Source: Mytilus edulis
Taxonomy: Eukaryota
Length of the DNA stretch: 64,000 nucleotides
NCBI RefSeq assembly: GCF_963676685.1
Contig: NC_092355.1
Location: forward strand, 73,470,001 to 73,534,000
Reading direction: 5' to 3'
In this document: positions 11,857-21,687 of the stretch, one piece after another
Numbering within the stretch: the stretch's first letter is position 1
Layout of the letters: each line of letters begins with the position of its first letter
The notes under the pieces: model-generated
The model's database searches: none
The model's input: only the letters and a program-made list of their open reading frames with translations
What the model was told of the DNA's origin: nothing
Position numbers and translations under genes: made by a program

Positions 11857-14689
11857 GATTAATATTGCTAATGAAAGACTCGGAAATCGTGTTGGAGAAT
11901 TCAAATTCTGTACAATGAATGGCAGGAGTGACAACGACTACCTACTTGTTTCACCTAGCGATTATACACTTATTAAGAATTTTGATGTGCTGAATTTCAA
12001 CGAAATTTCTGATCACGCACCATTACTATTTGAACTTGACTTCCGAAATTTTAGACCGGAGTTATCGTTTCCAAAGATTCGCAATTACATAAAGTGGGAT
12101 ATACAAAGATCTAATGAATATATAGATATTATACAACAAGAACAAAATAATTTTTTGCCTATAGTGAATAGCATTACCAATACAAATAACTTAAATCATG
12201 CTGTTAAGGAATTTACAAGGCTTAGCATCTTTTTTAATAGTGCTAATAAAGTTTTTGGTAGATACTTGTTAATACATCAAGATGAAATTAAAGTTAGGCC
12301 GAACAACGTTCGAGTGGTTTGATAACAATTGTGCGATTGCACGTAAAGATTTTCATGCGGCTAGAAACTTTTTCCAACATCAACCGTCAGACGTCAACCG
12401 AAAGGCATACGTTATTTCACGAAACAACTATAATAAAATGAAACGAAAAGCACAATTTAAATACAAACGTCAAAAAGGTATCGAACTCCGCGACTTAGCT
12501 AGTACCGAAACGCGAAAGTTCTGGTCGTCGATAAAACGAAAAGCGAACAACAAGTGTAAAATTGATAACGAAACCATGATGAAACATTTTGAGTCAATAC
12601 TAGGAGATAATTCGCAGGATCTATGTGAAGAAGTTCGTAATCTCATTGACAATACGGTATTTGGCGATATAAATGTTACACAATTAGACTCTGATATAAC
12701 TGAAGACGAAGTAGTAGCATCAATAAAAAAAATGAAGTCCGGTAAAAGTTCAGGTAACGATGGACCAATAAGTGAAATGTTTTCTGCCTGTCCTGACGTA
12801 TTTGCGCCAATATTAAAAACTCTATTTAATTACATTGATAGTTCGGGAATATACCCAGATTCATGGTCAGAATGTCTAGTAGTTGCTGTCCCAAAGAGTG
12901 GTGATCTATCCGATCATAAAAATTATCGTCCGATTGTATTGATCAGTGTTTTATAGAAGCTTTATACTACCATTTTGACAAATCGTTTACTCAGTTGGTC
13001 CGAAGAAGAAGACAGATCGATCGATAACCAATTTTGATTTAGACCAGGCAAGTCAACTGTAGACGCTATATTTATTTTACTTGGAATAATTTTGCATACA
13101 CTTCAAAATAAACAAAAACTTTATTGATCGTTTGTGGATTTCCGTAAAGCGTTCGATAAAATTAGCAGGAGGATTCTCATTTATAAACTATTACGGAGTG
13201 GTGTTAGCTCAAAGTTTGTAACTATGGTTAGATCAGTATATTCATCTGTAAAAATGCGTGTCAAAACTGCCGATTTACTGTCCGACTCATTCGAAAATTT
13301 TCTTGGTGTAAAACAAGAGGAGCTCTTATCACCTCTACTGTTTTTATTTTTTTATAAATGACTTGATTGAAGACATAAATAGTAGTCCTTCAGCTGACAT
13401 AGTTAATATTAATGAAGTTCTGATATACTTAATACTATTTGCAGACGATACTATATTATTTGGGAAATCTCCTGAAATTTTACAGGAACTACTTGATAAA
13501 CTACTTATTTATTGTAATAAATGGAATATAGAAGAGAATATTAACAAAAATGGCTGGCAACCCGTAACTGCAAAATTTTTCTACAGCAACGAAGAACTAG
13601 AAATTGTCGGTTCGTATATATCTTGGTATGCTGATGCACTGTAACGTAAAAATTTTAAAACACAGAAGCGATTAGCCTTACAAGGTTCACGATCGTTGGC
13701 AGCTCTGAGTAATTCAACAAATGGTTTATACTTGACGAAGAAAAAGAAATGTGATTTATTCGATAGTATGGTTGCGTCTGATAAATTATGCTTCAGAAAT
13801 CTGGGGTTTTCCATCGTGGAAATGATGTTGAAATTATCCATAACCGTTTTTGTCGATCTATTTTGAAACTGGGTAAAAGTACGCCAAATGTATTTTTATA
13901 TGGCGAACTAGGGCGTTTGCCAATGAATGTAATTAAAAAACAAAAAGTTTTAAAATACTGGTTAAAAATTGTAACTCATAAACCACTTATTGTGTATGAT
14001 ATCTATATATTGTTACTCAGAGATGCGAATACTGGTAAAACTTATTGGGTTTCTAATGTTCGTGACCTATTGTTTAGTATTGGTTTACACTTTGTATGGT
14101 ACCAGCAGTCTGGTATAAATATATCATTAGATGTAGTAAATACTAGGTTAAAAGATCAATATATTCAAAGCTGGTTAATTTGCATCTATACAGGATTGTG
14201 AGAAACTACTATGTACAGAATTTTAAAATTAGATTTTTGTTTTGAAGATTACGTAGATTGTAACTATAATTCACATTTTTTCACAAAGCTACGTAGTGGT
14301 GATATGAAGTTAAATGTTGAGGTGGGGTGTTATACAAATATACTAAGAGAAAACAGATTATGTACTTGCTGTAATATGAAAAGTCTTGAAGATGAGTACC
14401 CTACTTTAGTGTGTCCTGTGTCTAGACATGTACGGCTGCAGTTTTTACCAAATTATTACTTTTCGTGGCCAAATGTGAAAAAACTTATGTATTTGTATCA
14501 AACAAAATCTAGATCTTTAGTTGGAAAATTATGTAATTATTTGAAATCTGCCTGGCAGATTAGATCACATCTAATAAGTTGATCATTTGTCTATTGTAAT
14601 ATCTTATTATATTGTTCTCTGTTGTTTATTGTGTGTCACAATGTAAATATGTTTGTGTTGCTATAGCATGTAACTACTGCTTTGTAAAT
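11857..14689 (+). pseudogene. Decayed non-LTR retrotransposon (CR1/L2-like LINE) ORF2 and 3' UTR
   Basis: End of an APE endonuclease (DYLLVS...SDHAPL); RT motifs NYRPIVL, DFRKAFD, GVKQEELLSPLLF, LFADD; GELGRLP; C-terminal RLCTCC...EDEY; many stops and frameshifts. A (ttca)n tail resumes at 54279 after the Maverick. Confidence 0.9.
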
Positions 14690-14695
14690 AATGAA

Positions 14696-14786
14696 ACTAC
14701 TATAGGGGGCTCTGTGACCCCCATGATAAATAATTATAACCCCCACTATATACATTCTTATCGCAACAACATCTATCATTACATAA
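14696..14786 (+). repeat. Maverick left TIR
   Basis: actactatagggggctctgtgacccccatg...catctatcattacataa is the reverse complement of 54182-54272 with one mismatch. Confidence 0.97.
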
Positions 14787-15117
14787 CGGCATAATGGTCA
14801 TATAGATATATAGCACCCATATTTGAAGTATATCTGTTATTTTTAACAACCCTATTGCATAAGATATTTCATAAAATTTTACCCTCACATACTTTCAACC
14901 CCTAGATATTATAACCCCCAACATTTACATAAGATATTGAAATGTACTTTTTATAAAATTGTAACCCCTATTTTATGACATACTTTTAATTCCTAGGTAT
15001 TATAACCCCCAACATTTTATTGATCAGTAGAGTTTTCATTAATCATACACCATAACATGCTTACTATATAAACCTTCAGAATAAACTACTTAAATCATTC
15101 TTCCTCTTGTTAACGAA

Positions 15118-16188
15118 ATGGGGTTTGAAAGAAAAATGACAAAGTATCGATGTGGATGTTATTCTGAGGAAATGGCTCACGACTCCTTTGATTATACGGA
15201 ATCAAGTGAATACAGAAACATATGTGGAAGACATCCTTCAGAAGAATCAGCAAACGAAGATCATAGCAAGTGTACCAAAATGGTTGAAGTGATAGAAAAT
15301 GCACGCTATGCATTAAGTCAAAATATGGATACAGACACCGTTGCATGCCATTTAACAGCAAGAGAAGTAATTACAAAAGGTCAAAAAGATGAGTTACTAA
15401 AATGTAAATCGAAACAACTTAAAACAAGAAAACTTATCAACATGATAGTAGAATCGAAGAATATATCACTGCATCACCTTAGAATGTCTTTACTCAAGGC
15501 AGGTCAACCTGATTTACTACCTTATATCAGTGAAACAAAACAAAAAGAGAGTGACTACAGTGGTGATGATGAAAAGGATGCCCGACAATCATCTGAAAAT
15601 AGATGTATGATAGAACTACAGGTAGAGTCTTTCGTGGGAGTTAAAGACTTTAAGGGTCAAACATATATCAACATCCGTAATTATCAAACAATTGAAGGAA
15701 AGAAATATCCTACGAAACAAGGTGTGGCACTAACTTTATCACGTTGGTTAGTACTGGAAACTCAAAAGGATTTCATTGACAGTGTTTTTAAACTGTGTTT
15801 GACTGGAGAACAGGTTAATGAAGAACTTATTCATTTAGGCGGGGGTGTTTACGTTACATTAAATTCTAAATACCCTACAGTTGACGTCCGTCAATTTTGG
15901 AAACCAGAAGATAAAGATAAACCTATAGCTACAAAACGAGGAATACCTTTGAATAACATCAAATGGCAAAAACTTTGCGATTCCATGAAAATAATGAGAG
16001 ACTTTGTTCCAGAACTGAATAGCGCAGTCATCTGTAGAAATACCCACAACAACCAAATGGAAATGTTCAAGTGTTCTGAATGCGAACCTTACCACATTGA
16101 TGAGGATGACGACTTTGTAACACAGAATCAAGAAGGAGATTTCGAAATTATGAAAAACATATTAGACCCAGATGGTGAATCTGAATAA
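15118..16188 (+). CDS. Maverick accessory protein: CARD/death-fold-like domain, two PC4/Sub1-like ssDNA-binding domains, C-terminal Cys/His motif
   Basis: VIENARYALSQNMDTDTVACHLTAREVIT...KTRKLINMI...LRMSLLKAGQPDLL fits a CARD helix pattern. FVGVKDFKGQTYINIRNY...PTKQGVALTLSRW and VYVTLNSKYPTVDVRQFW...ATKRGIPLNNIKWQKL fit PC4. CRNTHNNQ...CSECEP at the C-terminus. TATA-like tatataaa at about 15065. Confidence 0.75.
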   Translation: MGFERKMTKYRCGCYSEEMAHDSFDYTESSEYRNICGRHPSEESANEDHSKCTKMVEVIENARYALSQNMDTDTVACHLTAREVITKGQKDELLKCKSKQLKTRKLINMIVESKNISLHHLRMSLLKAGQPDLLPYISETKQKESDYSGDDEKDARQSSENRCMIELQVESFVGVKDFKGQTYINIRNYQTIEGKKYPTKQGVALTLSRWLVLETQKDFIDSVFKLCLTGEQVNEELIHLGGGVYVTLNSKYPTVDVRQFWKPEDKDKPIATKRGIPLNNIKWQKLCDSMKIMRDFVPELNSAVICRNTHNNQMEMFKCSECEPYHIDEDDDFVTQNQEGDFEIMKNILDPDGESE

Positions 16189-16407
16189 CAGACAAAGAAT
16201 GAAAATAAATACATGTGACTTTCATGAACCAAGTGTTTACATACTTTCATTGTATTTGAAAAGATGATATATATATAAATAATGTAATTTGTAAATAAAA
16301 ATATATAAGATGATGTATTTTTTTTAATTTTCATTATAAAGAGTTGTAGTAATGGACATATTCATTTTACAAATAGAAATTGAACTGTCCATAAATACAT
16401 TAGGAAA

Positions 16408-17573
16408 ATGACACAAAAACAAAAAGAAGCATATGTCAAACGAATATGGACAGATCCAGGTCATCCAGCTGCTTTTGCTGGCCCTAATAAATTATTAAAG
16501 GTTATTCGTCAAGAAGGAAAATTCGACATCAGCAGAGGACAATTGAAAAAATTTTAGCTGGTCAAGATACATACAGTGTTCAAAAACCTTCAAGAAAAAA
16601 CTTTAAAAGGAATAGGGTAGTTGTTGCTGGTTTAAATGCTCAATGGGACGGAGATTTAGCATCAATGGAAAATGTATCGGACTTTAATTCTAAAAAAGAA
16701 AATGTGTCTAAGTTTAATTCTAAAATAAAATTTTTATTAGTATTGATAGACATATTTTCAAGATTTTTGATAGTAAGACCATTAATAGACAAAAAAAGTG
16801 CGACAGTAACAGCTGCATTAAAATCAATTTTTACCGAAGGTAACAGAAGACCCAATACAATTCGTTTTGATTTAGGAGGAGAATTTCAATCAAGTGTGAA
16901 AAAATATTTACAAAAGGAAAAAATTCACGTTTTTTACACATATAATTCACGGATAAAAAGTAACTACGCAGAGAGGGTAATCAGAACTCTGAAGAATCGT
17001 ATATATTCCTATTTTATGGAAAATCAAACATCTAAGTACATAGATGTTCTTCAAAAATTGGTCGACAGTTACAACAACACACCACATCAATCACTGGGAG
17101 GTGCAACACCTGCATCTGTGACAAAAACGAACGAAGACGAAATTCGATACATGCAATATGTGGCCAGAAAAAAGTCAGTTTCTACAGGAGTTATGAAACA
17201 TAAAAAGAAGAGGAGACAATTTTACAAATACAGGGTCGGAAATCAAGTAAGAATTTCGCAATTGAAAAGAGTTTTCGAAAAGGGATATCAAGAAAATTGG
17301 ACTTTGGAATTTTTTAAAATATCTAAAAGATATAGAAGACAACAACAGGACATTTACAAATTAAAAGATACCCTAAATCAGGAATTAAAGGGGTCTTTCT
17401 ACAGGTATGAGATCCAAAAAATTGACCAATCAAAAACGAAACTGTATAAAATAGAAAAGATTGTTAGAAAAAGAAAGTTAGACGGTAAAGATCAAGTATT
17501 AGTAAAATGGTTAGGTTGGCCAATAAAATTTAATTCTTGGATTTTCAAAAATTCCATCAAAGATATTAAATAG
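16408..17573 (+). CDS. Retroviral-like (rve) DDE integrase with C-terminal chromodomain; one 1-nt frameshift at about 16552-16557 (388 aa if corrected)
   Basis: ATG 16408 reads ...WTDPGHPAAFAG...KKF then TAG at 16555. The -1 frame continues LAGQDTYSVQKP...WDGDL (D1), RFDLGGEF (D2), YAERVIRT (E), YNNTPHQS, and chromodomain YKIEKIVRKR...LVKWLGWPIKFNSWI. Confidence 0.92.
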
Positions 17574-17590
17574 TTCTTAAATGTTGTTTA

Positions 17591-18037
17591 ATGTCATTAA
17601 TTGGGAAAATGAGCGTGAGACTAGTTGTATCATCAGATGACGGAAAAGATTTATTCTTAGAAAATAAACCACACGACTTTAGAGTCAAATTAAATCAAAC
17701 AATACAGCTGGACGGTTACTGGGTTGTCGCTGTTACCGAATTTACTACAACAGAACGCAACGATTCAGACCAAAAGCCGGAATTGTTTATCTTTTCCGAC
17801 ATATGTCAAGATAGTTTTATTGGAAATAACGAACAACCGTTACTTAGAAGAATATATTTCGACAGAAAAAAACAAAACAATATAGTTTACCATAATCCTT
17901 ATTACATACCCGTTCGATTTAGCGAAATACAACATCTACATTTTTATATAAAGGATGATAAAGGACAAGATGCCTCATTTCTAAAACAGAAAGTGACGAT
18001 AACACTTCATTTGAAAAAATTCCCGTTCGTTTTCTAA
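17591..18037 (+). CDS. Maverick minor capsid (penton-like, single jelly-roll) protein
   Basis: FLENKPHDFRVKL...L.GYWVVAVTEF; FIFSDIC...IG...PLLRRI; YIPV...IKDDKG...ITLHLKK; located in the morphogenesis cluster. Confidence 0.8.
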   Translation: MSLIGKMSVRLVVSSDDGKDLFLENKPHDFRVKLNQTIQLDGYWVVAVTEFTTTERNDSDQKPELFIFSDICQDSFIGNNEQPLLRRIYFDRKKQNNIVYHNPYYIPVRFSEIQHLHFYIKDDKGQDASFLKQKVTITLHLKKFPFVF

Positions 18038-18038
18038 A

Positions 18039-18491
18039 ATGAACCTAACAACTGAATCTACATTATGGGAGCAATTTTATAAAAACATGGCTTCAAATAA
18101 ATTTAACCCCTACCAATATAGACGCATAAAAAGAAAAAGACATTCGGGACGTGGACTTCATGGTCGTTTTAGAAATTCCTACATGATTCCGGTTAATCCA
18201 AATGCTGTTGACGTCAACAAAAATGTTATCAAGTCAACTATGGTATCACCTGTTGCTGCTGCAGAGGAAAGAGCAATGTCGGAAATGAAAGATTTAAAAA
18301 AAGAGGAAAAACCTCATGTGAAGGTAAAGAACATTATAAAAGACAAGAGAAAAAAGAAAAAGCTCAAAACGAAAAAATCTAACAAAGGATCAACATCGAG
18401 ATTAAACAAGAAAGAAAAATTGAAAAGAAAATTTGACAAGAACTATTACGATAACGCGTGGAATCAATACCGGGTTAAAAGAAAGCGATAA
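18039..18491 (+). CDS. Lys/Arg-rich putative DNA-condensing core protein
   Basis: Very basic 150 aa; HSGRGL motif; packed between mCP and MCP with 1- and 3-bp spacers. Confidence 0.6.
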   Translation: MNLTTESTLWEQFYKNMASNKFNPYQYRRIKRKRHSGRGLHGRFRNSYMIPVNPNAVDVNKNVIKSTMVSPVAAAEERAMSEMKDLKKEEKPHVKVKNIIKDKRKKKKLKTKKSNKGSTSRLNKKEKLKRKFDKNYYDNAWNQYRVKRKR

Positions 18492-18494
18492 ATT

Positions 18495-19802
18495 ATGGCA
18501 TATTTGAGTGATGATAATAAAGAAATTGGGCAACCAATGGAACTTTCTATTTTTGCCTCTCCTCCTAATCAAGTGGCAATCGAGAAAATGATATATACGG
18601 AAGAACGGCCTATTTCAAATTTGATTAACGACTCTACACCTATTGAAATAGTAATCTCGGGAGCTGGTAATGACTACATTGATTTGAGAAAAAGTCGTTT
18701 ATACGTTAAAATGCAAATTTTAAAAGAAGATGGAACCAAACTTGCACCAAAAGAGAAGGCAGGGATAATTAATTTACCTTTACAGAGTATGTTTTCCAAC
18801 ATCGATGTTTACATGAATAATAAATTAATATCGGCAAATTCTAACAATTATCCGTGGAAGTCATACTTTAAAGTCATTCTATCTTCTGGCAGTGATGAAC
18901 AAAATTCTCAACTGCAAAGTCAACTCTTCATGAAGGACAGCGAACCTATGGACTCTTTAAATTTAAATGCCGGATTTGTAAACAGATACGAATATACAAA
19001 AGAATCTAGGACTTTTGAGCTAGAAAGCAATTTAATGGAAGACACTTTACTTTTGGATAAATATTTGATAAACGGCGTAGACATCTACATCAAACTTTAC
19101 CGTTCCAATGCTCCCTTTTTACTAATGTCTGCAGAGAAGACCCCCAAATACAAAGTAAAAATATTAGACGTATTCTTCAGAACAGCAAGAGTCAAGGTAG
19201 ACCCTGGTGTAATATTGAATCACAGACGTCAAATTAAAGAGTCACCTGCTAAATACCTCATGAACAGAAGCCATGTAATACAAAATGTCATACCTCAAGG
19301 ATCAACTGAATTTTTTTGGGATTCTTTGTTTCCAAAAGCACTGCCTTCTAAAGTCGTGTTTGGACTTGTATCTCAAAAAGCAGCAAATGGACACTATACA
19401 GCCAATCCTTTCAATTTCCAACACTATAACATGTCCAATATCACTTTGAAAGTGAATGGTGTAGAAGTATACGGGTCACCCCTAAACTTAGATTTCAGCA
19501 ATAATAGAAATTACACAGCAGCATATGTTAGGCTATTTGAAATTTGCGATAAATGGCAAAAAGACACCGGTTTAAACATAACTTTAAATGATTTCGGTAA
19601 CGGCTATACATTCATTGTTTTCAACATGGATCCTTCGGACCTACAGGAAGATTTTCTAAATCTCGTAAAACACGGGAACGCCAGGTTAGAAATGAGATTT
19701 AGCGTACCTACGCCAGAAGTTATAAATTGTCTCTGTTATTACCAAACGCAGGCCATTTTGACCTGTGACGAGACAAGAAACATCAACATTGTGGAACCAT
19801 GA
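18495..19802 (+). CDS. Maverick major capsid protein (double jelly-roll)
   Basis: 435 aa; YIDLRKSRLYVK, SMFSNIDVYMN, YPWKSY, LINGVDIYIKL, LPSKVVFGLV, NPFNFQHY, GYTFIVFNM are typical of Polinton MCPs. Confidence 0.9.
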   Translation: MAYLSDDNKEIGQPMELSIFASPPNQVAIEKMIYTEERPISNLINDSTPIEIVISGAGNDYIDLRKSRLYVKMQILKEDGTKLAPKEKAGIINLPLQSMFSNIDVYMNNKLISANSNNYPWKSYFKVILSSGSDEQNSQLQSQLFMKDSEPMDSLNLNAGFVNRYEYTKESRTFELESNLMEDTLLLDKYLINGVDIYIKLYRSNAPFLLMSAEKTPKYKVKILDVFFRTARVKVDPGVILNHRRQIKESPAKYLMNRSHVIQNVIPQGSTEFFWDSLFPKALPSKVVFGLVSQKAANGHYTANPFNFQHYNMSNITLKVNGVEVYGSPLNLDFSNNRNYTAAYVRLFEICDKWQKDTGLNITLNDFGNGYTFIVFNMDPSDLQEDFLNLVKHGNARLEMRFSVPTPEVINCLCYYQTQAILTCDETRNINIVEP

Positions 19803-20248
19803 ATGGAAAACAATTAACCAAATTATTAACCGACTACGAATGTTTAAAAAAGACATTTATCCATATCATCGATCTTAATAATCTTCACGATATCGTCCAG
19901 AATCATTATCCACAAGTTTATATAATCAATCCGGGAAAACATTGGATATGTGTAATTTTCTACAATTCCATAGAAGCGGAATATTTTGATAGTCTTGGAA
20001 AACAGGTTAATTTTTATGGTACTAGACTAGTTAATTTCATAGCCAACAACAGTCAAAGATGTACTTCAATCCAGAGACAAACACAAGCTAACACTTCAAA
20101 CATTTGTGGACTGTATGTTGTATTTTTTGTAACAATGAGATTATGTTTTAAAATGTCATTGGAAAATGTATATGATATGTTGTCTGTAAATAGGCATGAA
20201 AATGATCGATTTGTTAAGTTATATTTTTTAAAGGTATATTCTAAATAA
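19799..20248 (+). CDS. Adenain-like cysteine maturation protease
   Basis: PGKHW (His), EYFDSLG (Asp), QANTSNICGLY (Gln/Cys); ATGA overlap with the MCP stop. Confidence 0.9.
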   Translation: MNGKQLTKLLTDYECLKKTFIHIIDLNNLHDIVQNHYPQVYIINPGKHWICVIFYNSIEAEYFDSLGKQVNFYGTRLVNFIANNSQRCTSIQRQTQANTSNICGLYVVFFVTMRLCFKMSLENVYDMLSVNRHENDRFVKLYFLKVYSK

Positions 20249-20329
20249 AGTAAGATTAACAGATATTTTTTATTTACTTATTCTTCATGAACCTTATGAC
20301 GTAAGTCTTAATAAAAAACCCCCGCTATT

Positions 20330-21022
20330 ATGACAGTAGTTCATTTGTCACAAACAAACGCGATGGAGAATGATCGAACGATGTTACCCTTTTCTTCGCC
20401 GACAACAATTTGTGTAGTAGGACCAACTCAGGCAGGCAAATCGATGTTTACTAAAAGACTCATAGAAAATGCCAATGTCATGTTCGTTGAACCACCAGAA
20501 AAAATATTGTATGCTTATTCCGAATATCAACCACTGTTTGACGACATGCAAGAACAATCCAACTTGATATTTCACGAAGGTCTCCCGGATAAACAAAAAA
20601 TTGAAGAATTTACGGAAAATGGAAAACATTCATTGATTATTTTGGACGATCTAATATCTAAAATAGTACAATCGGAAGAGCTTTTGCATTTATTTTCTGT
20701 TACAAGTCACCATAGAAAGGCATCCGTAGTTCTCATTTCGCAATCTTTGTACCCTCCAGGAAAATACGCTAAAAGCATTTCTTTGAATTGTGCCAATTTC
20801 GTTTTGTTTCGTAACCCTAGAGATATGCGTCAGCTGATAACCTTTGCATCGCAGATTCTCCCAGGCATGACGCAATATTTCATGGACAGCTATTTAAAAG
20901 CGACAAAAGAGAGGTATTCGTATATGCTCGCTGACCTTTCACCCCACAGAGAAGATCGACAATACATGCTCAGAACAGGGATTTTTCCCGGTGACACGTG
21001 TGTAGTCTACAGACCTATATAA
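20330..21022 (+). CDS. A32/FtsK-like genome packaging ATPase
   Basis: Walker A GPTQAGKS; Walker B LIILDD; SHH..ASVVLISQ; ISLNCANFVLFRNPRD. Confidence 0.92.
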   Translation: MTVVHLSQTNAMENDRTMLPFSSPTTICVVGPTQAGKSMFTKRLIENANVMFVEPPEKILYAYSEYQPLFDDMQEQSNLIFHEGLPDKQKIEEFTENGKHSLIILDDLISKIVQSEELLHLFSVTSHHRKASVVLISQSLYPPGKYAKSISLNCANFVLFRNPRDMRQLITFASQILPGMTQYFMDSYLKATKERYSYMLADLSPHREDRQYMLRTGIFPGDTCVVYRPI

Positions 21023-21061
21023 ATATCGATGAATGTGTTTTTTCGTATCATTTTGTAAAAT

Positions 21062-21370
21062 ATGAGTCAACGAATGAAATCAAATACAGTATTTTTAAGA
21101 TTTTTATACCAAGCTAGTAAAAATCAAAGAGTGGCAATCTTTCCACATTTGACTAAAGAACAGGTGAATGTTCTATCCGAAGTGGCTTTAAACATTTTTA
21201 AAGGAGTGTTTCCGAACAAACAAAAATATCTAAAAACTTTGAAACCATATAAATCAGTTCTTTACCAATTAGGATCAAAATCATTAGGTGTACGAAAGAA
21301 AAAACAATTACTGATACGTTACAACAATTTGATTCCACATTTGTTAGGACCCTTATTGGATTTCTTGTAA
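21062..21370 (+). CDS. Small basic Maverick protein of unknown function
   Basis: 102 aa; LSEVALNIFKG resembles a small ORF family common in Mavericks; preceded by tatataaata at about 21017. Confidence 0.65.
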   Translation: MSQRMKSNTVFLRFLYQASKNQRVAIFPHLTKEQVNVLSEVALNIFKGVFPNKQKYLKTLKPYKSVLYQLGSKSLGVRKKKQLLIRYNNLIPHLLGPLLDFL

Positions 21371-21372
21371 CA

Positions 21373-21645
21373 ATGGCAAAAGAGCTGATATTAGTGTCAA
21401 AAAGAAAATACGAAGAACTCTTAAAATCGGGGAATCATAGGGATACAGAAATGACAAGACAGGTCGACGAGCATGAAAAACCTGAAGATAGTGATCCGGT
21501 GAAAGAAGTTTCTATGCAAACAGGAAATGGACAATTCGTTGAAAAACTAGACACTAATGAACATGGTACGCCCGGGATACTAGATCGCCCTCCGAAGATA
21601 CGAAGGAAGACATTAAAAAAGAATGTAAAATGGATTTCATTTTAA
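21373..21645 (+). CDS. Small Maverick protein of unknown function
   Basis: 90 aa, 2 bp after the previous stop; MAKELILVS start, QTGNG motif, KWISF end; converges on pPolB. Confidence 0.6.
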   Translation: MAKELILVSKRKYEELLKSGNHRDTEMTRQVDEHEKPEDSDPVKEVSMQTGNGQFVEKLDTNEHGTPGILDRPPKIRRKTLKKNVKWISF

Positions 21646-21687
21646 TTATCATATAATACAGTGGTTTTCAAATAAAAAATATAATGA

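Noticed and set aside
16543-16560. Programmed -1 frameshift in the integrase
   Set aside because: No in-frame X-XXY-YYZ heptamer and no obvious downstream structure; treated as a 1-nt deletion or assembly error.
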